Source of the DNA: Candidatus Cloacimonadota bacterium
GTDB lineage: Bacteria > Cloacimonadota > Cloacimonadia > Cloacimonadales > WRIO01
DNA: 29,326 nucleotides
Direction of reading: 5' to 3'
Assembly: GCA_029564175.1 (NCBI GenBank)
Contig: JAKQQL010000160.1
Coordinates: forward strand, 1 to 29,326
Notes under the pieces: model-generated
What the model saw: the letters and a program-made list of their open reading frames with translations, nothing else
Databases searched by the model: none
What the model was told of the DNA's origin: nothing
Translations under genes and position numbers: made by a program
Part shown: in pieces, positions 1 to 8,383 of the stretch
Position numbering within the stretch: the stretch's first letter is position 1
Layout of the letters: each line of letters opens with the position of its first letter

Positions 1-54
1 TGAAAATCCTTTTAAATAGATATTGTTTACGAAGTCCTGTTCGTAAGATAACAT

Positions 55-87
55 GAATGCCTCCAAATTTAATATTTGGAGGCATTC
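55..87 (+). terminator. Hairpin, probable terminator of an upstream gene outside the window
   Basis: Perfect 14-bp inverted repeat GAATGCCTCCAAAT-ttaat-ATTTGGAGGCATTC followed by TAATTT. Confidence 0.6.
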
Positions 88-132
88 TAATTTACGAAGT
101 AAATTTGTAAACCTGCTGCTTGCAGCTTCGTT

Positions 133-152
133 CAAGCTACCAGCTTGCGTAA
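133..152 (+). repeat. REP-like palindrome, family A (CAAGCTACCAGCTTGCG)
   Basis: 134-152 is the exact reverse complement of 15439-15457; the same core occurs at 18804-18826. Confidence 0.8.
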
Positions 153-580
153 AGGAAATATATTTTGACACGGATAACGCTGATTAAAACGGATAAAAAA
201 GTGGGTATTAAGTGCATTTGACTTAAAAACCGTCCTGAGCGATTTGAATTATAAACGTGGTATAATTTTGCTAATTGAGACGAATGACTAATAAGAACTG
301 ATTAAGCAGGAAAAAACGAATGATCTGCGTATATATTTTAAAAAATACTAATAAAATGATCTAATAATGATGTTTTGTCCGGGTAATAATTATAGAGAGA
401 TATTATGATTGACAATTTTGACCGATATAAGAATTATTCATCTATGATTAGAAAAAGAATAATTATCTATTGATTTAAACTAATACTGGAATTTATCGTT
501 CCTCTGAAGCTCATTTTATGCTCATCCCTGAGACTCAGCGTTTCAGTGAGAAAAGATAAAAAGAAATATATTATTTTTGC

Positions 581-609
581 TTGACAGAGAATTTCTCATT
601 TGATAAAAA
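581..609 (+). promoter_or_regulatory. Possible sigma70 promoter of the ATPase operon
   Basis: TTGACA (581-586), 17 nt, TAAAAA preceded by TG (extended -10-like); RBS GGAG at 633-636. Confidence 0.4.
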
Positions 610-641
610 GGATTACTATAATAAATCATATAGGAGTAATC

Positions 642-1409
642 ATGCAAAAAAATAAAGAGATTGATAAATTCTTCCATAACTATCAGTTATTTTTAAATGC
701 TTCCAAAAATCATAATATTGAAAGTTGTGAAAGTGCTATTACTTATCTCGAAGAACAGGAAAACACTTTCTGGACAAATGTACTCTCTTTTATAGAAAAT
801 GCAAAAAATGAAGTAGATGAGATAAAAACCAAATATACAGACCTTAATGAATATTCTGAAAAGCTACTTTCTGCACTTGTATCTCGTAATATACCCGCTG
901 AATTGAATGAAAATAAATTAACAATCGGGCCTTTAACAATTGAAATCCTGTTGGAAGAATTTAAAATTATGCTTTATATGGGCAGAAAAAAGGTTAAAAT
1001 CAGCGATTTAGAGCTCAATAAAGTGGTAAAATTTATCGAATTGTATTATAAAAAACTGAACAGTTCTTTTAATGCGAACGCCTTTACTGTCAGAATGATA
1101 AAAGCCTATGAATACCTTAACCGTTCTATTTATTGCTCCAAAGATACACAATTTGGCAACGCAGTCCCTTTAGAAGATATTTTTAAGATTTTTACTGTGT
1201 CTCCTGTTTCTTCTGATTATAAACTGGAAAACTTTATATGGGATTTAGGCAGATTAATTTCTTCTGAGTTTGATCACCCGAATTATCAGATAGAGCTGGG
1301 GACTTCCAGAAAAATCAGCAGAACAATGATTATCAAAGATATTGAAGGGAATGAGCATAAATACAGCACATTAACTGTTTATTTAAAGGATAAGACTACA
1401 AATGAATAA
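642..1409 (+). CDS. Hypothetical protein, first gene of the BrxD/BrxD/BrxL-like operon (N-terminal coiled coil, possible C-terminal winged-helix-like domain)
   Basis: ORF 600-1409; ATG at 642 follows AGGAG; overlaps the next gene by 8 nt; no catalytic motif recognised. Confidence 0.8.
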   Translation: MQKNKEIDKFFHNYQLFLNASKNHNIESCESAITYLEEQENTFWTNVLSFIENAKNEVDEIKTKYTDLNEYSEKLLSALVSRNIPAELNENKLTIGPLTIEILLEEFKIMLYMGRKKVKISDLELNKVVKFIELYYKKLNSSFNANAFTVRMIKAYEYLNRSIYCSKDTQFGNAVPLEDIFKIFTVSPVSSDYKLENFIWDLGRLISSEFDHPNYQIELGTSRKISRTMIIKDIEGNEHKYSTLTVYLKDKTTNE

Positions 1410-2583
1410 AGAAGACTTGCAAGCGCTGCAAATGGGGAGAGTCCCTGTTACAGATGATTTGGTTGAGCAGTTAACCATGTCTGGATTATGGCTTGAAAAA
1501 ATGAAAGAATATTGTTTGAAAGGTGTGATTCAAAATGGGGGATGTAAAGTTAAAATTCTTCATGGTGACCATGCTACCGGAAAAAGTCATTATTGTAACT
1601 ACCTGAGAATAATTGCTGAACGTGAAGGATTTTTTGTGGTGATGTTTGATCTGGAAAAGATCGAATTCAAATTGACTGATATTGTATCATTTTACAAAAA
1701 TATTGCTTCGGCGATCGATATCAATCTCATAAAATCAGCCATTCTCAACCGAATGTTGAATCATCTGGGCTACAATCAGGAAGCCTTTGACAAACATCAG
1801 GGGTCATTGATTGATGTGATTTGTGAAATGGAATCTGCCCCTTTGTATTCTGCCAAACAGTTAGTCAGAAAATGTATCAATGAAATCAGTAAACCGATGG
1901 ATATTGGATTTTCTTTCAGATTGTTTTTAATGCGCTTAATGGAAGCCTTATCAGAAAGTGATCATGATTTGGCGGATTTATTATTCAAATGGCTAAAAGG
2001 AGAAAAACTGAATGCCATTGAGAAACGCCAATGTCAGATATTTGAAAATCTCAATAAATCAAATGCAAGAATATTGTTATATTCTCTTACTGAATTCTTA
2101 AAATTGGCAGGTTATAAAGGGTTGGTAATGATGTTTGATCATTTTGAATGTATTTTACCGGAATACCAGACTCAAATCAAATACACTGCTGCCAAACGAA
2201 ATGATATCTACGAGATGTTACGACAACTGATAGATGACCTCGATTTCTTAAACAATTTTTTACTGATTATATCCGGACTATCTGATATTGTTGAAAATGA
2301 GACGCATGGTTTACAAAGTTATCAGGCATTATGGATGAGAATCCAGCAAAGTTATAAGCAGGATTTTCTGGTCAATCCATACGCTGATATGACAGATGCC
2401 GGCTTGATCATGAAACAACTGGTTTCGGAAGGAAAGATGAAAGATCTGGCAAACCGGATAGATGAATTGATGAGTGCTTGTGATTTTCATATACTTGAGA
2501 AAGAAGATCGTGTAATGAATGACTTATATGATTTTAGATCGGTTATCGTGAAACATACTCAAAAATACTGCCCGGAGGACTAA
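1402..2583 (+). CDS. BrxD/DUF2791-like P-loop ATPase, copy 1 (atypical Walker B)
   Basis: N-terminal LQALQMGRVP; Walker A ILHGDHATGKSH; WLKGE; LAGYKGLVMMFDHFE; YEMLRQLID; GLQSYQALWMRI, all matching the BrxD/DUF2791 layout. Confidence 0.8.
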   Translation: MNKEDLQALQMGRVPVTDDLVEQLTMSGLWLEKMKEYCLKGVIQNGGCKVKILHGDHATGKSHYCNYLRIIAEREGFFVVMFDLEKIEFKLTDIVSFYKNIASAIDINLIKSAILNRMLNHLGYNQEAFDKHQGSLIDVICEMESAPLYSAKQLVRKCINEISKPMDIGFSFRLFLMRLMEALSESDHDLADLLFKWLKGEKLNAIEKRQCQIFENLNKSNARILLYSLTEFLKLAGYKGLVMMFDHFECILPEYQTQIKYTAAKRNDIYEMLRQLIDDLDFLNNFLLIISGLSDIVENETHGLQSYQALWMRIQQSYKQDFLVNPYADMTDAGLIMKQLVSEGKMKDLANRIDELMSACDFHILEKEDRVMNDLYDFRSVIVKHTQKYCPED

Positions 2584-3888
2584 ATGAACCATAATGATAT
2601 AATTAATACCGATGACATTCTTTTACTCGAATCAATCAGGGCGGGTATCCCATGCAGGGCAATGATGAGTCAGATACCTGATTTGAGACAAAATATCACA
2701 CGTCAGATTGACATGGATTTGGCAGATCTGGCTGAACATAAATTCCCCAAAGGGCGCTTTATCTGGGGAGAATATGGACAAGGAAAAACACATTTTTTAA
2801 AATTGATGGAACAATATGTGATGGATAAAGGCTTCGCTGTCAGTTATTACACGATCAACAGAGACTTAGGGCTTAATAATATCAAATCCTTGTTTCCTAT
2901 TTTAGCAGCACAGACAATGACGGATAAGAATAAAATTCCCGGACTGATGAATCTGCTGATTCAGGACAGTTTTTCAGATAACTTGATCGATGAGCTGGCT
3001 GACATTGAAAAAAAGATTTCTCACCCTTTTCCTTGCTATGTTTTACAGGCTTTTCTTAGTTTTCGTGATGCGGATGAAATGAATTTATTGTACAATAGTT
3101 TAATGGGAAACAGCAGTTACTGGACAAATGCAAAAACGATTTGTCGAAAAGTTCTTGGGGCTGAATTTAAGAAAATGCCAAAGTTCAGTGCAAAAGAGCA
3201 TGGAAACTGTTTCTTTGAATTCTACCCTTATCTACTCAAGTTACTTGGATTCAAAGGATGGGTCGTTTTAATTGATGAAATAGAACTAATTGGCAAAATG
3301 GGAAAAGTTGGACGTTTAAATTCTTATATGGCATTATCTTATTTACTCAACTGGAATAATAACAGTCATTTACCGGTTTATACACTGGTTGCATCAGCTA
3401 AAACATTACAAACTGAAGTATTTTACAGCAGAAAGAATGATGTACAGAAAATACCAGAAACAGCGATGGAGAGAATCAGTTCTGATGCGGCATATCAAAT
3501 GCGTGCTTTTTTTGATATCGCTGCCAGAAGCAACCGTAATCTGTTGCTAAATCCAGTAATGAAAAAAGAATACATGGCTTTGTTTCAGGCAATTATGGCA
3601 ATTCATAAACGGGCAATCCCCTGGATCAATCCGGATGAAGAAAACCTGGCTGAAAAACTGGAAAAGATCGTAAAGCCAGAGAGAAGACCAGTTAGAGTCA
3701 GTATTCGCATGTTTATCGAACTGCTAGACATTTATGCAATTACCGGACAAATTGTAGAAAATATAAAAGAGCAGAAATTAAAAGAGTATGACTTAACAGA
3801 AGAATTTCAAATCAATACAGACAATCTATCATCTGAAACCGGCGGATTTAAAGAGAAAAGCCTCGAAGAGATGTTTGACGAGGATTAA
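2584..3888 (+). CDS. BrxD/DUF2791-like P-loop ATPase, copy 2
   Basis: LESIRAGIP; Walker A FIWGEYGQGKTHFL; Walker B GFKGWVVLIDEIE; ATG directly follows the TAA of the previous gene. Confidence 0.8.
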   Translation: MNHNDIINTDDILLLESIRAGIPCRAMMSQIPDLRQNITRQIDMDLADLAEHKFPKGRFIWGEYGQGKTHFLKLMEQYVMDKGFAVSYYTINRDLGLNNIKSLFPILAAQTMTDKNKIPGLMNLLIQDSFSDNLIDELADIEKKISHPFPCYVLQAFLSFRDADEMNLLYNSLMGNSSYWTNAKTICRKVLGAEFKKMPKFSAKEHGNCFFEFYPYLLKLLGFKGWVVLIDEIELIGKMGKVGRLNSYMALSYLLNWNNNSHLPVYTLVASAKTLQTEVFYSRKNDVQKIPETAMERISSDAAYQMRAFFDIAARSNRNLLLNPVMKKEYMALFQAIMAIHKRAIPWINPDEENLAEKLEKIVKPERRPVRVSIRMFIELLDIYAITGQIVENIKEQKLKEYDLTEEFQINTDNLSSETGGFKEKSLEEMFDED

Positions 3889-3899
3889 TAAATTTCTGC

Positions 3900-5369
3900 A
3901 TGATTGATATTCAGAAAAGTGCATATCCATTGGATGATAAGATCAAAAGGATTTTCCCAAAAGAATCCCTTTATAAAGATCCTGATTTCTATAATGTTTT
4001 TCATTCTTACAATCTACCTTCATTTATAAAAGACTGGCTAATCAGAATATTCACCTTAGGAAATGAATTTGACAGGCAAACCTGTCGTGAATTCTTATCT
4101 GAAAAAGTACCTAACCGAGGAGTCAGTCTCAGGCAAAAATTGCTTCATTTAAGAAAACCAATACAGATATTATCCAGACTCATTATTCACACCGATTTAA
4201 TGAATGGAAGAATCAGTTTTTCCATACCGGATTTGGGTATAGGACATCGGGAAGGTCTTGTTTCACTTGATATGGAGCAGGAAAAACTGAACTTATTACA
4301 TGAAGGAGAAGTTTGGGGGATTTTGACCCTTGTATATGTCCCTCCTACTGAATACATGCCTGGGCATATTCTATTATTTGATTATAAGCCATTTCAGCCT
4401 TATTCCCTTGACCCTGCTTATTTTTATGAAGCCAGAAGACACTTTACTACCCATGAGTGGATTGATCTGATTGTGAGAACCATGGAATTTAATCCCCATT
4501 ATGTAGATGAAAAACAAGGAAAATACTTCGACTTGAAAAGAAAAATGGCATTGATTTCACGTTTACTGGTTTATACTGAAACGAATCTTAATATGATTGA
4601 ACTGGCACCTAAAGGAACTGGAAAATCCTATGTATTTAATAATTTATCAAAATATAACTGGACAGTCAGCGGTGGGGTGATTACCCGTGCAAACCTGTTT
4701 TATAACATATCCACCCGATTACCCGGGATCATTCATCATTATGATTTTCTGGTATTGGATGAGATAGAAACACTGGGTTTTTCCTATGAAGAAGAAACGC
4801 TTGGTGCTTTTAAAAATTATCTGGAAAATGGAAAGATCGTCGTAGCAAATTATACAGGGCGTTCTGACTGTGGTTTAATGATGCTTGGAAATATCAGGCT
4901 GGATAAAAGAATGAGGCCTAAAAACAAGAATTTCTTTATTGGACTACCTCAGTTTTTCCAATCCTCAGCCTTTGTTGACCGAATTCATGGTTTTATTGAA
5001 GGATGGGATCTATTCAGATTTAATGAGAATATGAAAATGAAAGGGATTTCTCTGAATACAGAGTATTTTTCTGAAATGCTTCATCTGATGAGACATGAAC
5101 ACCAATACACTGCAATAGTCGATGAAATGCTTGAAATCCCAAAGAGCGCTGATACCAGAGATACAAAAGCAGTTAAAAAACTCTGTTCAGCTTATTTGAA
5201 ACTGATTTTCCCCCATATCACCAAACCGGATGATGTTTCTCCTCTTGAATTAGAATTATATGTGTTGAAACCGGCTTTACAGAAACGTGCTGTTATACGA
5301 CAGCAATTGAGTGAACTTGATCCGGAGTATTCGCCTGAGATACCGGATATCAGACTAAGAAGATATTAA
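3900..5369 (+). CDS. brxL: BrxL-like AAA+ ATPase (OB-fold plus MCM-like AAA+), without the C-terminal Lon protease domain
   Basis: LPSFIKDWL; ARRHFTTHEWIDL; NMIELAPKGTGKS (Walker A); SGGVITRANLFYN; LVLDEI (Walker B); DRIHGFIEGW; RDTKAVKK; 489 aa. Confidence 0.85.
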   Translation: MIDIQKSAYPLDDKIKRIFPKESLYKDPDFYNVFHSYNLPSFIKDWLIRIFTLGNEFDRQTCREFLSEKVPNRGVSLRQKLLHLRKPIQILSRLIIHTDLMNGRISFSIPDLGIGHREGLVSLDMEQEKLNLLHEGEVWGILTLVYVPPTEYMPGHILLFDYKPFQPYSLDPAYFYEARRHFTTHEWIDLIVRTMEFNPHYVDEKQGKYFDLKRKMALISRLLVYTETNLNMIELAPKGTGKSYVFNNLSKYNWTVSGGVITRANLFYNISTRLPGIIHHYDFLVLDEIETLGFSYEEETLGAFKNYLENGKIVVANYTGRSDCGLMMLGNIRLDKRMRPKNKNFFIGLPQFFQSSAFVDRIHGFIEGWDLFRFNENMKMKGISLNTEYFSEMLHLMRHEHQYTAIVDEMLEIPKSADTRDTKAVKKLCSAYLKLIFPHITKPDDVSPLELELYVLKPALQKRAVIRQQLSELDPEYSPEIPDIRLRRY

Positions 5370-5392
5370 TAAAATAGAAAAAGGAAGTAGTT

Positions 5393-6406
5393 ATGGCTAT
5401 AACAACACAGGAACAATGGCAAAAACTCTATCATTTTGCTGATGAAATCTATAAAATAAAACCATGGGGATTTTTATATGAAGATCAGATAATAAAAATA
5501 GTGTATCCTAAAACGAACATAGAATATTATGTAAGTGTAATGGGTTCAGCCGGAGAACATTTTTCTGTTACCGCATACGAAGGGGATCAAAGTTTAAATA
5601 ATTTTCACAAACTGCTTAATTCAGTTAGTGAAAATGAAAAAATGCAATTGATACTTGAAACTACCCAGGTGATTCTGTCTTTTGAGAATAATGAGTTTCT
5701 TGAAAAAGAAGATAAGAAGATTATCAAAGATTTGGATTTGAAATATCGCGGGAAAAAAGCTTATCCTTGTTTCAGAATCCAGGAGCCCGGGTATTTGAGA
5801 GCGAGACCGGATAGTGATCAGGCTGATCTGATGATTTTTCTGTATGAAAAATGTCTTCAAGTGCTGAGCTATGTTAATGATCATAAAACCATGGAAAAAG
5901 GGGGAGAATATGGACTTCCTGAAATCCAGAGTCTTGAAAATGCAGAATGGATTGATGTGGAAGAAGAAATACAAAATACTAATATCGAGATACTCTCTGC
6001 AGAATTTGATCAAAAAATGGTGGATTCAATCAAGAAACTGCCTTTTAGTTCAGATGAATATGTCCTTTTCTCATTTATAATCCCTATGCCTATATTAGAA
6101 AAAAAACCGATTTATGGATATTCTTTTCTGATTCTGGATACGAAAACTTCGATGATTGTTTATATGGATACCATTGCGCCAAAACCTGATTTAAGATCAA
6201 TGTACAAGGATTATGCAAAACATGTTGAAAAGTTTTTCAAAAAGATTAAGCATCGTCCAAAAAAGTTAATTGTTACTTCAGAATTTTATGCTGATTTATT
6301 AGTTGACTTTTTTAATGCTGTCGAAATATATATATATATTGTAAACAACACAAAAGAACTGGAAAAAATTCAGAACTCGCTGTATGACCATTTTCTTCAT
6401 GGCTGA
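5393..6406 (+). CDS. Conserved hypothetical protein (resembles the DUF7309/DUF6930-type family)
   Basis: WQKLYHFADEIYKIKPW, YVSVMGSAGEH and YPCFRIQEPGY recalled from that family; RBS AAGGAAG; family name from memory. Confidence 0.65.
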   Translation: MAITTQEQWQKLYHFADEIYKIKPWGFLYEDQIIKIVYPKTNIEYYVSVMGSAGEHFSVTAYEGDQSLNNFHKLLNSVSENEKMQLILETTQVILSFENNEFLEKEDKKIIKDLDLKYRGKKAYPCFRIQEPGYLRARPDSDQADLMIFLYEKCLQVLSYVNDHKTMEKGGEYGLPEIQSLENAEWIDVEEEIQNTNIEILSAEFDQKMVDSIKKLPFSSDEYVLFSFIIPMPILEKKPIYGYSFLILDTKTSMIVYMDTIAPKPDLRSMYKDYAKHVEKFFKKIKHRPKKLIVTSEFYADLLVDFFNAVEIYIYIVNNTKELEKIQNSLYDHFLHG

Positions 6407-6437
6407 TAGATTCAAAAAGATAAGACTAAATCTATTT

Positions 6438-6460
6438 AAAAGCCCGTTTTTCGGGCTTTT
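6438..6460. terminator. Bidirectional intrinsic terminator
   Basis: AAAAGCCCG-ttttt-CGGGCTTTT between convergent genes. Confidence 0.85.
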
Positions 6461-6476
6461 CTACAACAAAATCATA

Positions 6477-7496
6477 TTATATTTTCTTGATGCCTTTTGT
6501 AGAAAAGGCATTTAAATCAAGAGATGAAAACTCTTTTTTGAGATATTTTGGTATGGCAGCAGCACCAATCATGGCAGCATTATCCATACAAAGCTTTAAT
6601 GGCGGAAAATAGATTTCAGCTTTCAATTTATGATTTGCTTTTAGCATTTGATCTCTTAAAAAACTATTGGCAGAAACACCACCAGCAACAATAATCTTCT
6701 TAATCTGATGTTTTGTGGCATAAGCAATGGTTTTTTTTACCAATATATCTACAATTGCCAGTTGAGCAGAAGCCACAATATCATGAATATTCTCATTAAT
6801 ATAGACTTGATCTTGTTTATTTAAATATTGTAAGACAGCTGTTTTTAACCCGCTGAAGCTGAAATTGAAGTTATCTTTTCGATTCATCGCCTGAGGAAAC
6901 TTATAAAAATGAGGATTACCTGTCTTAGCCATTTTATCAATAATAGGGCCTCCAGGATAGCCAAGATTTAAGATTTTGGCGATTTTATCAAATGCTTCAC
7001 CTGCAGCATCATCTACCGTATGTCCAACAATTCTGAAGTCTTCTTCTGTTTCAAACTCTACAAGCTCTGTATGCCCACCAGAGATAATCAGTGCCAGCCA
7101 GGGAGCCTGTAAATCCGGAGTAGATATTTTGTTGGCAAATACATGGCCTAGCATATGATTTACAGCAATTAAGGGAACATTTAATGACCAGGCAAGTCCT
7201 TTGGCAAATGAGACGCCTACCAGTAATGAACCAATCAGACCTGGATTAACAGATACCGCAATTGCAGAAACATCTGAAAGTAATATGCCAGATTCATTCA
7301 ATGCCAAATCCATACAATAGCTCAGATTCTTCAGATGAAGTCTGGAAGCTAGTTCTGGCACCACCCCACCAAAATCATTATGGATTGCCTGCGAGGAAAT
7401 AATATTGGAATAGACCTTATATTCTGTATCAATAACAGCAATGGAGGTATCATCACATGAGCTCTCAATGGCTAAAATGTATTCTTTTTTCATCAT
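6477..7496 (-). CDS. tsaD: tRNA N6-threonylcarbamoyltransferase TsaD
   Basis: LAIESSCDDT, GGVVPELASRLH, VNHMLGH, ISGGHT, DDAAGEAFDK, FSFSGLKTA, GGVSAN, DNAAMI. Confidence 0.98.
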   Translation of the reverse strand: MMKKEYILAIESSCDDTSIAVIDTEYKVYSNIISSQAIHNDFGGVVPELASRLHLKNLSYCMDLALNESGILLSDVSAIAVSVNPGLIGSLLVGVSFAKGLAWSLNVPLIAVNHMLGHVFANKISTPDLQAPWLALIISGGHTELVEFETEEDFRIVGHTVDDAAGEAFDKIAKILNLGYPGGPIIDKMAKTGNPHFYKFPQAMNRKDNFNFSFSGLKTAVLQYLNKQDQVYINENIHDIVASAQLAIVDILVKKTIAYATKHQIKKIIVAGGVSANSFLRDQMLKANHKLKAEIYFPPLKLCMDNAAMIGAAAIPKYLKKEFSSLDLNAFSTKGIKKI

Positions 7497-8371
7497 TAAT
7501 CTTTCTTTTTAATTGTTACTTTCTGAGGTGTATAGTCTATAATTTTTAAACTGCTTTCTTTGGAAAGTGATATTTCAACTTCTCCATTGGAAGGATTCAC
7601 TTTTGCTTTAATATCATTTGAGTTGATGATTGCCAAAGAATCTTTTTTCCCTTCAACAATTACAGAAACTCTATCTGGGAAAAAGATGTAAGAATGGTCT
7701 GTATTTTCAATTAGAATATTCGTAAAGGTTTTACTTAATACAGCCTGATTTTGTTTTATCAGATTTAACTGGGCAGGAATGATAATCACTCTGTTACTGA
7801 TAGTTTCAAATCTAACTTTCTTATTATCTTTAATCATCTCTATTGTAATTGGTTCAGTTGAAATACTCTCAATTCTTTGAATGTCACCTACAGGGCCAGA
7901 AAGAAGGACTGTTCTCTCGTCAACGTCAAATTGCTGAGCATAATAGTATTCTTTGGTTTCAGGTGTTTCAAATTTCATTTGCACATTGACTTTTTTTTGG
8001 ATAATACGTTCTGCAGAAAGATTTGTTTTGTTGATATCGTCTAAAGCTGTAAATTTAAGTCTGTTGTGTTTTTTTAGAAAAGGAAGTATTTTGTCGGCTG
8101 ATAATGGGTTTTTCCCGATGGTTAAGGTCGATGCATCATATTCAACGTATGGATTAGACATAAAAAAGGTAAGTATGGCAATACCATCTCCTTCAACCTG
8201 GAAGTTTAATTTGAGGGATTCCTGTTTATTGACATAGATGTTTTCAGGGATATTGATAATTCTCAATGGGATTTTCATTGTTATACTTTGTTCTTTTAAC
8301 AGATTTACCTGTAACCAGATAATAATTGCAATGATTAGTGCCAGTATTTTTAATCCAAGATTTTTGTTCAT
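7496..8371 (-). CDS. YbbR/CdaR-like membrane-anchored protein
   Basis: N-terminal KILALIIAIIIW anchor; YbbR-like beta repeats (LSGPVGDIQRI, FPDRVSVIVEG, TPQKVTI); TAATG overlap with tsaD. Confidence 0.7.
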   Translation of the reverse strand: MNKNLGLKILALIIAIIIWLQVNLLKEQSITMKIPLRIINIPENIYVNKQESLKLNFQVEGDGIAILTFFMSNPYVEYDASTLTIGKNPLSADKILPFLKKHNRLKFTALDDINKTNLSAERIIQKKVNVQMKFETPETKEYYYAQQFDVDERTVLLSGPVGDIQRIESISTEPITIEMIKDNKKVRFETISNRVIIIPAQLNLIKQNQAVLSKTFTNILIENTDHSYIFFPDRVSVIVEGKKDSLAIINSNDIKAKVNPSNGEVEISLSKESSLKIIDYTPQKVTIKKKD

Positions 8372-8383
8372 TAGTATCTCCGT

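Noticed and set aside
1..54. 3' end of an upstream CDS
   Set aside because: Too short to fix a frame (ENPFK* in frame 2 or a longer frame 3 are both possible).
600..641. Longest-ORF starts at 600 (likewise 11577, 19395 and 28409)
   Set aside because: Downstream ATGs at 642, 11604, 19368 and 28334 have Shine-Dalgarno sequences, and the extensions overlap promoters, RBSs or neighbouring genes.
642..6406. Canonical BREX (types 1-6) or Shango system
   Set aside because: No pglZ, brxC/pglY, pglX, brxP, TerB-domain or helicase gene in or beside the operon within the window.
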